From a virus (taxonomy: Duplodnaviria; Caudoviricetes), in IMG/VR virus record IMGVR_UViG_3300044297_000138, positions 96,001 to 160,000 of that record: 64,000 nucleotides of DNA; one strand, written 5' to 3'. Position numbers and translations under genes: made by a program. The notes under the pieces are model-generated. The model made no database searches and was not told where the DNA came from. It saw only the letters and a program-made list of their open reading frames with translations. Positions within the stretch are counted from its first letter, which is position 1; each line of letters opens with the position of its first letter. This document shows positions 55,014 through 64,000 of this stretch, piece after piece.

Positions 55014-55270
55014 GCGATCAAGATCAAAAAGAAAAGCACAGCAAACGCCTCCAACGAGAAATGAATGCCATTAAAAGGCAACAAAGAATTGCCAAGGCAT
55101 ATGGCGCACCAGATCACCCGTATGAAGCACACCGATTAGCCAAACACCACGCCATGGATTGTGGAAATCCTGAATGTGGGTTGTGTGGTAATCCCAGACA
55201 CATTTACAAACATGGTAAAACCCTACAGGAATATTCCTTTGAACAAACCGACAAGTGGACCGAGGAATAA
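55010..55270 (+). CDS. Small Cys-containing hypothetical protein
   Basis: DCGNPECGLCGNPR. Confidence 0.65.
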   Translation: MSDQDQKEKHSKRLQREMNAIKRQQRIAKAYGAPDHPYEAHRLAKHHAMDCGNPECGLCGNPRHIYKHGKTLQEYSFEQTDKWTEE

Positions 55271-55284
55271 TACCGAAATAATGC

Positions 55285-55313
55285 TTGCCAACCACACCCG
55301 GTTGGTATATAAT
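55285..55313 (+). promoter_or_regulatory. sigma70-type promoter
   Basis: TTGCCA-17-TATAAT. Confidence 0.75.
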
Positions 55314-55342
55314 ATGAATTCCTTTTGTTATGGAGAACTTGA

Positions 55343-56482
55343 ATGTCTTTGAATCGTAATCAAACCGCCTTTGTGAAGGCCGCCGAACAACTGTTTGGTG
55401 TTGGTTCTGTTTTAACCCGTGATGGTATTGACCATGTATGTGAAGAAAGTAATCTTTCATATCCATATTGGTTGGTAACTAAATCTGAATACCGATATGG
55501 CCGTGGTCAATACAAACTGCCAAGCATTGGCACCAAGGCTGAAGTGAAAGAGCCTGAACTTGAAGTTGCTATGGCTGCACAAGTGTTGACATTCAAACAA
55601 CCTAAGTTGGAAGATACATCTGATGTATCCATTCCAACCAAATATCCTGATTATGTTCCGTTTGGCTTTTTCAAAGACATGAAGAACATCATCACATCTA
55701 AACAATTCTATCCCGTATTCGTTACTGGCCTTTCAGGCAACGGCAAGACCTTGATGGTTGAACAAGTGTGTGCCGAACTTGGTCGTGAATGTATCCGTGT
55801 GAATATTTCCGTTGAAACTGATGAGACTGACCTGTTGGGTGGTCCTACATTGGTCAATGGTAATGTGGTCAATCGTGATGGTCCTGTGATTACTGCCATG
55901 AAGCGTGGCGCCATTCTGTTGATTGATGAAGTTGACCGTGGTTCAAACAAACTGATGTGTTTGCAAGGTATCTTAGAAGGCAAACCACATTACAATAAAA
56001 AATCTGGTGAGTTGGTTCATCCTGCTGCCGGTTTCAATGTGATTGCTACTGCAAACACCAAAGGTCGTGGTTCAGAAGAAGGCCGTTACCTGTCACAAAT
56101 TCTTGATGATGCATTTTTGGAACGATTTCCAATTACTGTTGAACAGGATTATCCTGATGCAAAGACCGAGAAAAAGATTCTTGCGCCTTTGATTCCCGAT
56201 GAAGATTTTGTAAACAACCTCTGCCAATGGGCTGATGTGGTTCGCCAATCATTTGAACAAGGCGCAACCGATGAGATTATTTCTACTCGCCGTTTGGTGC
56301 ATATTGCCAAGGCGTATACCATTTTCAAAGACCGTATGAAAGCCATTGAATTGTGTGTTGCTCGTTTTGATGAAGAAACCAAGACCGCATTTCTTGACCT
56401 TTATACTAAGGTTGATGAAAAAGCTAAAGCACCTGCTGAAGCAAAACCCGTGGAAGATCCTACCAAGGAAATTCCGTTTTAA
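55343..56482 (+). CDS. CobS/MoxR-like AAA+ ATPase
   Basis: GLSGNGKT, LLIDEVD, ATANTKG, AFLERF, ISTRRL. Confidence 0.9.
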   Translation: MSLNRNQTAFVKAAEQLFGVGSVLTRDGIDHVCEESNLSYPYWLVTKSEYRYGRGQYKLPSIGTKAEVKEPELEVAMAAQVLTFKQPKLEDTSDVSIPTKYPDYVPFGFFKDMKNIITSKQFYPVFVTGLSGNGKTLMVEQVCAELGRECIRVNISVETDETDLLGGPTLVNGNVVNRDGPVITAMKRGAILLIDEVDRGSNKLMCLQGILEGKPHYNKKSGELVHPAAGFNVIATANTKGRGSEEGRYLSQILDDAFLERFPITVEQDYPDAKTEKKILAPLIPDEDFVNNLCQWADVVRQSFEQGATDEIISTRRLVHIAKAYTIFKDRMKAIELCVARFDEETKTAFLDLYTKVDEKAKAPAEAKPVEDPTKEIPF

Positions 56483-56504
56483 TTATATAATGAAAGGAAC
56501 TAAT

Positions 56505-56819
56505 ATGAACACCGTTCGTAAAGGTAAAGTGAATCGCCATGAAAAAATCACACAGGTTCTCCTGTCTGGTAAAGTGGTGACTGTTGATGAAATCAATGCT
56601 GTGTTTAAAGGCACAGACCAAGAAGCCGTATTGTATCGGCTACCCACCAACATTTACAATATTCGCAAAGATGGCGGTATTGTGAAGGTCTTTAAAGATG
56701 GCCGCCGTGTCACTGGTTATCAATTGGTGAATTACACCGAGTTTGATAAGAATGGCCGTTATGTTGGTTCTACCAAACAGGCACAACCTGTTGAAACCAA
56801 AGAAGTTGAATCTGTCTAA
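56505..56819 (+). CDS. Winged-helix-like hypothetical protein
   Basis: AAAGGA RBS; YRL...IYNIRK.G..V...K.GR.V..YQL. Confidence 0.55.
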   Translation: MNTVRKGKVNRHEKITQVLLSGKVVTVDEINAVFKGTDQEAVLYRLPTNIYNIRKDGGIVKVFKDGRRVTGYQLVNYTEFDKNGRYVGSTKQAQPVETKEVESV

Positions 56820-58788
56820 ATGAATGACTATGACTTCCACAATCTGGAGTTTTTGATGAACATTACGGATGCCGATTTTGACGATTGGTTGAATCAGGCA
56901 TCCGATGATGACATTGATTATGCTCTTGAGTTAATTAAGTTGGCCAAATTGGAACTCATTGATGATGTTGACAATTTTGATGAGGCTATGGCTGTAATTC
57001 AAAAAATTAAGGACATGTAATATGGTTACAATTGTAAAACATGAATGGCATTCTGTTGATAGTCAATTTGCTTTTGAACTTGAAAGAGAATTGTTGGAAG
57101 AAATTTATCCGGATATGGATGAAGATGAACTTGATGAATTGTGGGCAAAGGTTGAATCAGGTGAAGCCGACCTTGATGAAATTTTAGATGAGGCCGACAA
57201 TAATAGTATTGATATTGATTGGGATCGTCAATATGATGATTGGTATTCTGACCGTAAAGGTGGTTACGATATTACATATGAATATGGTGACGAAGATAGT
57301 TGGGTAGAACAACCCAAAGAACCTGAACCTTCACATAAATGTACCAATTGTAAATGGGAAGGACGTAGTTATCATGCTGAGAAGCAATATCTAAGAGCTG
57401 ATGGCACAATCATTGAAGATTATTGGACTTCCGATGAAGAATGTTCATCTGTTAAAGATGTTTGTCCTATGTGTGATAGTGAACTTGAACTGACCGAAGT
57501 TGGACTTCAGGAAGAAAAAGAACACGCAGAGTGGGAAAAGAAATGGGAGGAAGAAAATGCTGATGAAGATTCTAAGTAAAATTCAAGATTGGTCAAATTA
57601 TTACAACACACAGATTACCTGGTTTTTCCTTGGTTTCTTTTTGTGTGATATGTTGGTTAAAATTGGCCAGCGTGAATGGTGGAATGTCCTTTGGGATATT
57701 GTTATAATTCTTTTAATGTATTCTACTAGAAAGATGAGGGTTTAAAATGGCAACTTGGCGTGTATCTCCACTATGGAAAAAATCCATCATTGAATACAAT
57801 CACATGACCAAAGACGATAACGAAATTGTTATTGAAACTGGTTGGCGTGGTGGTTCTTTCTATGTTTACACCGATGATGACAATCCTCCCGTATTGGAAC
57901 CTGGTGTTGACATTTTGAATTGTGATTATGAATCAGAATTGATTGAAACCTTTGATGGTTGTTGGGAAGAACATCACATGGATGATTGTGATGATGATAC
58001 CCGTGAATGGTTGGAAGAATTTTTGGAAGATAATTCTTACTTTGATTTGGAAGAACATGGTTGGATTTTCTCTGATAGTGAAATGATTATTGACTGTGAC
58101 ATGGAAATTGTCCGTATTGATGATGAAGGTAATGAAGTTGGTGAAAAAATCACAACTGAGAGTGAGGAAGAACCTGAATCAAATACGGATGTGAAACTTA
58201 CACCTAACGCTGCATGGCCATTTGGAAATTAAGATGAATGAAGAAAAACTAATTCAAATCTCACAAGAGATTGATGAAGCATTATTGGATATTGCTGAAA
58301 AGCATGATGCCAATTTTTTGAGTTTTGCTGCATTGGTACTGGCTAGATTGGCAAGGTTGAGCATTGATTTGGAAGAACAAGAAATTTTTGTTCGGTTGAT
58401 GAAAGAATCTTGTGTTTTGATTGGAAATATTCCAAAAACGGAAACACCAAACATTCATTGATATATGGCTTCATCAAACACATTCAATTGGGAACCAAAA
58501 TGGGCCGATAAACTAGAAAATTTTGACGTAACTCATACTCCTTTGCAAGGACAAATGGTTATCGCCACTTTTCAGGTTGATGCATTAAAGATGCAAGCAC
58601 ATGTTTTTAGTGAAGATGAAATTAAAAAAGAATTGATAGATAAATTACTATACGAATTGTGGAATAGAAATTGTATTGAATTTACCAAACAAGAGGATCA
58701 TTTAACAGGCAGACACTTTTTCCGTGCGAGAATATATGCCTTGCCTGATGACCAGGTGAGAATTGTCCGGCAAAATAATGTAGTATGA
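56820..58788 (+). other. Run of mostly acidic hypothetical ORFs (56820, 57022, ~57557/57563 membrane, 57747, ~58234, 58465)
   Basis: Coupled plus-strand ORFs, several strongly D/E-rich. Confidence 0.65.
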
Positions 58789-58797
58789 AAGACTTAC

Positions 58798-58826
58798 TTG
58801 ACAGCCTTTTGGTAATCGTGTATAAT
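58798..58826 (+). promoter_or_regulatory. sigma70-type promoter
   Basis: TTGACA-17-TATAAT with TG extension. Confidence 0.75.
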
Positions 58827-58933
58827 CTAACCATATTAGGTGGTACAGTTTACCTGGTTGCCGAAAAAGATTGGAGTCCTTGGTGGTTCGTTCTATCGGT
58901 ATTGTTAATGTTAAGTAAAACGAAAGATAAAAA

Positions 58934-59836
58934 ATGAAAATCGCCGTTTGTTCGGACCTACACCTTGAATTTGGTCCCATCAGCCTTGAAAACAAAGACA
59001 ATGCTGATGTGTTGATCCTGTCCGGTGATATTTGTGTGGCCAGAGATTTGCGTGAAAAAGATGATTTCAATTTTAAAGGTGAACGCAACAAATCTAATCA
59101 ATATCACACTTTCTTTCAAGAATGTTGTGAAAGATTTACCAATGTGATTTATGTTATGGGTAACCATGAACATTATAATGGTGATTTTGCAAAAACATAT
59201 AACACATTGAAGGAACGCCTTGGTTATTTGTCCAACCTGCACGTTATGGAAAAAGAATTTTTCGTGATTGGTAGTGTTTGCTTTGCCGCTGGTACTCTTT
59301 GGACTGATATGAACAAGGAAGATCCAAACACATTGTATGCAATTAGGCGTTACATGAATGATTTCCGTATCATTGAAGATTCATCCTCACCCGTGCAATA
59401 CAAAGAACATGAATATGGCAAAACAGAAGATGGCAAAACAGATTGGAATAATGTGATTGGCACAACATTTCACACTCGTCCTGGAATGTTTACACCAGAA
59501 CAGTCTGTGCGTGAACACAAAGATGTGTTGCAATTCATCCGTGATTCTATTGCTTCACGGCCTGAAATGCCTTGGGTTGTGGTTGGTCACCATGCGCCTA
59601 GCAAACAATCTACAAAGCCAAGGTATAAGAATGATACCATGGTGAATGGTGCATACAGTTCCGATTTGTCTGAATTCATTTTGGATCATCCACAAATCAA
59701 ACTGTGGACACATGGACACACACATGATACCTTTGACTATATGATTGGTAGCACTCGTATTGTTTGTAATCCCCGTGGTTACATTAATTATGAAGGCCGT
59801 GCTGATGAATTTGAATTGAAAACTGTGGAGATTTAA
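58934..59836 (+). CDS. Calcineurin-like metallophosphoesterase
   Basis: SDLH, GD, GNHE, HHAP, HGHTH, NPRGY. Confidence 0.9.
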   Translation: MKIAVCSDLHLEFGPISLENKDNADVLILSGDICVARDLREKDDFNFKGERNKSNQYHTFFQECCERFTNVIYVMGNHEHYNGDFAKTYNTLKERLGYLSNLHVMEKEFFVIGSVCFAAGTLWTDMNKEDPNTLYAIRRYMNDFRIIEDSSSPVQYKEHEYGKTEDGKTDWNNVIGTTFHTRPGMFTPEQSVREHKDVLQFIRDSIASRPEMPWVVVGHHAPSKQSTKPRYKNDTMVNGAYSSDLSEFILDHPQIKLWTHGHTHDTFDYMIGSTRIVCNPRGYINYEGRADEFELKTVEI

Positions 59837-59994
59837 TCATGTATGATTTGTATGATTTTGGAATGTATGTATTGTTTGAAATTGAATATCAACTAGATAT
59901 TAGAGAGCAATGTATTACAGCATATGATCGTGAATGGAAGCAAGGTCATATTGACCTTCTGAAAAATATTCTTAAACCTTTGATGTGAGTTAAA

Positions 59995-60273
59995 ATGGAA
60001 AAGAAACTATATCTTGTTGAAACTGTCAGTATCTTCCGTCATCGTTATGTGGTTGAGGCTAAAGAAGCCGAACATGCGAATGATGAAGTTGTTTGCAATA
60101 ATGGTAACTTGGAAGAATTTTCACAGAAACATATTGCTGAAAATATTACCACAACCCGTGAAATTACCGCAGACGAATACATGAAATTGTTTGATGAAGA
60201 TAATGATTATCTAAAACAATGGACTGATGTTGAGAAAATGCAATTTGTTAATGTGATTGATTATAAAGAATGA
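59995..60273 (+). CDS. Conserved hypothetical phage protein
   Basis: LVETVS.FR.RYVVE...EFSQ.H..E. Confidence 0.65.
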   Translation: MEKKLYLVETVSIFRHRYVVEAKEAEHANDEVVCNNGNLEEFSQKHIAENITTTREITADEYMKLFDEDNDYLKQWTDVEKMQFVNVIDYKE

Positions 60274-61292
60274 AAAAAGTATTGATTACCGGCGGCGCCG
60301 GCTTTATTGCACACCATGTGATTGACCATATTCTGTCAACAACCGACTGGAACATTGTTACACTTGATCGCCTTGATTTTAGTGGCAATTTGAATCGTTT
60401 GCATGAGGTGATGGAACTGCACGACAAACGCCGTGTTAAGATTGTGTACCATGACTTGAAAGCAGAAGTTAGTCCAATGATTGCGGAAATGCTTGGTGAT
60501 ATCAATATCGTCTTGCATTTGGCCGCTGGTTCTCATGTTGATCGTTCTATTGAATTTCCTATGGAATTTGTTATGGACAATGTGGTTGGAACGGTCAACA
60601 TCCTTAACTATGCACGAACACTTAAAAACCTAGAGAAGTTTGTTTATTTCTCTACTGATGAAGTGTTTGGTCCTGCGCCAGTTGGTGTTAATTATGGAGA
60701 ATATGATCGGTACAATTCAACAAATCCATATTCTGCTTCAAAGGCAGGTGGTGAAGAAATGTGTGTTGCATTTGAAAACACATACAAGATGCCGATTGTA
60801 ATTACACATACAATGAATGTATTTGGTGAACGCCAGCACCCTGAAAAATTTATTCCGTTGTGCATTAAGAAGGCTCGTGATGGTGAAATGGTTCGTATTC
60901 ATGCTGATCCAACCAAAACTATTCCAGGTAGCCGTCATTACATTCATGCAAAAGATGTGGCAGAAGGTTTAATGTTTATCGTAACACAATTGAAAGATTA
61001 CACCTATTTTGAACCTAATGGTTTGAAGGTGATTCCTAAATTCAATCTTGTGGGACCGGAAGAAACAGATAACTTGGCATTGGCCAAGATGATTGCTGCT
61101 GCACAAGGTAAAGAAATGAATTATGAATTGACTGATTTTCATTCTGCACGACCTGGACATGACCTGCGTTATGCATTGGATGGAAATTTGTTGAAGAAGT
61201 TGGGTTGGGAACCCAAGATTAAATTCAGCGAACGAATTAATCAGGTGGTTCAATGGAGTCTTGCAAACGAACGTTGGTTGATGAGCAAATGA
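60270..61292 (+). CDS. rmlB: dTDP-glucose 4,6-dehydratase-like NDP-sugar dehydratase
   Basis: TGGAGFI, HLAAGSHVDRS, STDEV, PYSASK, RPGHDLRY. Confidence 0.85.
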   Translation: MKKVLITGGAGFIAHHVIDHILSTTDWNIVTLDRLDFSGNLNRLHEVMELHDKRRVKIVYHDLKAEVSPMIAEMLGDINIVLHLAAGSHVDRSIEFPMEFVMDNVVGTVNILNYARTLKNLEKFVYFSTDEVFGPAPVGVNYGEYDRYNSTNPYSASKAGGEEMCVAFENTYKMPIVITHTMNVFGERQHPEKFIPLCIKKARDGEMVRIHADPTKTIPGSRHYIHAKDVAEGLMFIVTQLKDYTYFEPNGLKVIPKFNLVGPEETDNLALAKMIAAAQGKEMNYELTDFHSARPGHDLRYALDGNLLKKLGWEPKIKFSERINQVVQWSLANERWLMSK

Positions 61293-62134
61293 AAAAAGTA
61301 TTAGTAACAGGTTCTTCTGGTTATATTGGTCAACATCTTTGCCTATATCTGGCAAAGATGGGTTATCATGTAACCGGTTTGGATCGTCTAGAGTGTGGCA
61401 CTGGTTGCCATGAATTCATACATCAAAGCATTTTAGATGCCGTAGATATCAAAGGTGAATATGATGCTGTGGTTCACTTGGCCGCATTGGTTCAGGTTAA
61501 CATGAGCAGTAAATGTATGATGGAATACTATCGCAACAATGTGATGGGTACCATGAATATATTGGAGCGCATTAATTACAATACATTTATCTTTGCATCA
61601 ACCTGCCAAGCCAATGAATCACACACATATGGTAAAACCAAATTGATTGGTGAACATTTGGTGAAAGATTATTGTGAAGCTAAATATGTACCACACACTA
61701 TTTTTAGATTCGGTAATGTTGCAGGAACCGCAGGTTATAAACCTACAAATATGGACGGATTGATGTATAATCTGATTCAGGCGAAAGAAACAGGCACATT
61801 CAATCTGTATGGTAATGATTATGATACAAAAGATGGAACTGCTTTGCGAGACTATATCCATGTGATGGAAGTTGCTTATGCAATTGAAAAGGCCATTCAA
61901 CGACCAAGCCGATTCATGGGTTCGGAATCATATCCGTTCTTTGAATATCTTGGTCATGGAAGATTGTATTCTGTAATGGAATGTATTGAAGCATTTAAGA
62001 AAGCAAACAATTGTAATTTTGAAGTGAATGTAAAACCTCGCCGACAAGGTGATCCAGCAACTGTAAATTCATATGCTGTTTCGCCATATATGTTGGAGTT
62101 ACGCAAAACACTTGAAGAAATGATGAAAGTATGA
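61289..62134 (+). CDS. galE: UDP-glucose 4-epimerase-like NAD-dependent epimerase
   Basis: TGSSGYIG, HLAA, YGKTK, RFGNVAG, YDTKDGT..RDYIHV, RRQGDP. Confidence 0.75.
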   Translation: MKKVLVTGSSGYIGQHLCLYLAKMGYHVTGLDRLECGTGCHEFIHQSILDAVDIKGEYDAVVHLAALVQVNMSSKCMMEYYRNNVMGTMNILERINYNTFIFASTCQANESHTYGKTKLIGEHLVKDYCEAKYVPHTIFRFGNVAGTAGYKPTNMDGLMYNLIQAKETGTFNLYGNDYDTKDGTALRDYIHVMEVAYAIEKAIQRPSRFMGSESYPFFEYLGHGRLYSVMECIEAFKKANNCNFEVNVKPRRQGDPATVNSYAVSPYMLELRKTLEEMMKV

Positions 62135-62856
62135 AAGTCTATATCAACAAATACAAAGATCATTGGATTAGTCCATACACAATGTTGGACTATATTTTCT
62201 TTTGGACTGATTGGTCTAAATGCAGCCGTAATCGCAGTTTGCAAAATGCCATTGGTGAAATGAATGGTGATTACAAATACATTGAACATCCAGAATGGGT
62301 TGAGAAATGGTCTGACCGTTTGGTGCCTATCAGCAAGGCCATTCAATGGGTGTGGGGTTTGTTTGACCGCAAAATTGATTATGTAAAGATTGACCGTTGG
62401 GACACCTGGTCCATGGATTACACTTTGTCTCACATTATTCTTCCTATGTTGAAACAGTTGAAGGCAACCACACACGGTTCACCTTATGTTGATGATGAAG
62501 ATGTACCAGAAGAATTGAAATCAACATCTGCACCACCAAAAGAAAACCAGTATGATACTGATGACAATCATCATAAGCGTTGGGAATATGTTTTGAGTGA
62601 AATGATTTTTGCATTTGAACACAAGGTTGATGATACATGGGAAGATGCATTTCGTTCAGGTGAATCTGATTGGAAAATGGTGCCTGTTGACAAAGATGGT
62701 AATGAAGTACCGAAAGGTGAACACAAATATTATCAGATGAGGGAAGGACCAGGCCATACATATCAATGTGATTATGATGGCATCAACGCAATTCGTGAAC
62801 GTATGAAGAATGGTTTCCGTTTGTTTGGAAAATATTATGAAGGACTGTGGGACTAA
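62131..62856 (+). CDS. Conserved hypothetical phage protein
   Basis: KID.WDTWSMD.TL..II.PMLKQLK...HG.P; GFRLFGKYY..LWD. Confidence 0.75.
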   Translation: MKVYINKYKDHWISPYTMLDYIFFWTDWSKCSRNRSLQNAIGEMNGDYKYIEHPEWVEKWSDRLVPISKAIQWVWGLFDRKIDYVKIDRWDTWSMDYTLSHIILPMLKQLKATTHGSPYVDDEDVPEELKSTSAPPKENQYDTDDNHHKRWEYVLSEMIFAFEHKVDDTWEDAFRSGESDWKMVPVDKDGNEVPKGEHKYYQMREGPGHTYQCDYDGINAIRERMKNGFRLFGKYYEGLWD

Positions 62857-63329
62857 TGAGTAAATTAAATGAACATGCAAGAATGGAATTCAAAGCCGCT
62901 GGTTGGTTAGATGATACTGGTGCATATCTTGATGAAATGCAAGGTGCGATATGTGAACATGTATTGGAACTATTAACAGTATTTTCTAATGAAGGACATT
63001 CAGGTACAACCGCACCATATACGGTTGACATATTCAAAAAATTGGCCATGTTTGAACCACTTGTACCATTGACTGGTGAAGATTGGGAATGGGTTGATGT
63101 TTCTGATATGGCAGGTTCTGGTAAATGGTATCAAAATAAACGTTGTGGCCATGTGTTCAAAGATGATACTGGTGTATATGATAGTGAAGGAATTATTTTT
63201 TATGATTGGTGTAAAAATGAAGAAACCGGCGAAAAATACAAAAGTTATTTCACCAGCCGTGAAAGCCGAGTTCCTGTCACTTTCCCGTATACACCTAAAA
63301 CTGAATACAAGGAATGGATTGAAGAATGA
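62856..63329 (+). CDS. Conserved hypothetical phage protein
   Basis: F..EGHSG..A, PLTGED.EW, QNKRC..VFK. Confidence 0.7.
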   Translation: MSKLNEHARMEFKAAGWLDDTGAYLDEMQGAICEHVLELLTVFSNEGHSGTTAPYTVDIFKKLAMFEPLVPLTGEDWEWVDVSDMAGSGKWYQNKRCGHVFKDDTGVYDSEGIIFYDWCKNEETGEKYKSYFTSRESRVPVTFPYTPKTEYKEWIEE

Positions 63330-63577
63330 TGAGTTTGATTCATTGGCTGTCAGCAGAACGCCGATTAGAGGCGTGTGAAAGAACAATCATTGCTTTGGGT
63401 GGTTCTAGATATAGTGACCATAACGTACCATCACAATTGGCCGCACAAAGAGATATGATTAAATTTGAAGTAGAATATTATAAAGAGCAATCTGTTATAT
63501 TTTTGGTGGTAATAGCTTCTATTGGCATCATATCATCTATTGTTTATGTTTTTCTTACAAAGATTAGAGTATTATGA
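63326..63577 (+). CDS. Small protein with C-terminal TM
   Basis: Hydrophobic C-terminus. Confidence 0.55.
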   Translation: MMSLIHWLSAERRLEACERTIIALGGSRYSDHNVPSQLAAQRDMIKFEVEYYKEQSVIFLVVIASIGIISSIVYVFLTKIRVL

Positions 63578-63738
63578 GACCCGACAAAAATTACAAAATG
63601 AGTAAACCACTCAAACGCCGTTTGGCTTTGGCTAAGTTTCCAAGCAAAGAGATTAAAGATGCATGGAAAAGAGCAATGATTGGTTCTGAATTGGCTGGTA
63701 AATCGGCCGAAAGATTTACATTTAAATAAGGAGTTATT

Positions 63739-64000
63739 ATGGCTACATTTGTTGAAGTGAATTCTGTTGATAAAAACTGTCCTGTGATTATCAACCTTGA
63801 CCAGATTATTGAAATTGCACCATTGATTGATGGTGGTTGTATTCTGTATATGGCTGATTCTGCTGGTGTTAATGCACGCCAAGGAATTCGTGTGAGAGAT
63901 GATTATAAACTGTTTACACAATTTGCTATGCAGACTGTTACCGCAGAAGATATTGAACGCCGTTTTCCAAAAAATACAAAGAAACAACCAGCACCAGTTG
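63739..64000 (+). CDS. Hypothetical protein (runs off the window end)
   Basis: GGAG RBS; MATFVEVNSVDKNCPVIINLDQI... stays open to the end of the window. Confidence 0.55.
   Translation, partial: MATFVEVNSVDKNCPVIINLDQIIEIAPLIDGGCILYMADSAGVNARQGIRVRDDYKLFTQFAMQTVTAEDIERRFPKNTKKQPAPV

Noticed and set aside
1-64000. Stop-codon reassignment explaining the split polymerase or short ORFs
   Set aside because: All other core genes are full length in the standard code, and the polymerase halves are 1.6 kb apart in different frames.

Overview
64 kb of an AT-rich, T4-like (Tevenvirinae-related) myovirus genome. Two-component spanins and sigma70-type promoters point to a Gram-negative host. In order: a replication block with a DNA polymerase split into two genes around a 1.6-kb insert (HNH nuclease plus small ORFs), then uvsX, gp41 helicase and a DruA/DUF4338-like protein; a ~6-kb glycosyltransferase/methyltransferase/kinase/nucleotidyltransferase cluster bracketed by two paralogous PD-(D/E)XK nucleases; a late block whose proteins carry T4-like capsid-targeting N-termini and repeated EEVEQIDE linkers (probable protease-processed head-internal polyproteins); a lysis cassette (spanins, GH19 endolysin, small membrane proteins); primase, thyX, nrdA, fatty acid desaturase, thioredoxin, nrdB and RNase H; and from ~35.3 kb a long early/accessory region. 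That region holds a GC-richer minus-strand block (41.45-43.4 kb) transcribed divergently from the rest. At the divergence point lie four DnaA boxes, and around it a family of repeated promoters with a conserved upstream element. It also contains an endonuclease-methyltransferase pair, a MoxR/CobS ATPase and NDP-sugar enzymes. No tRNA, rRNA or CRISPR array was seen. All family assignments come from motif recognition by eye, not database searches.
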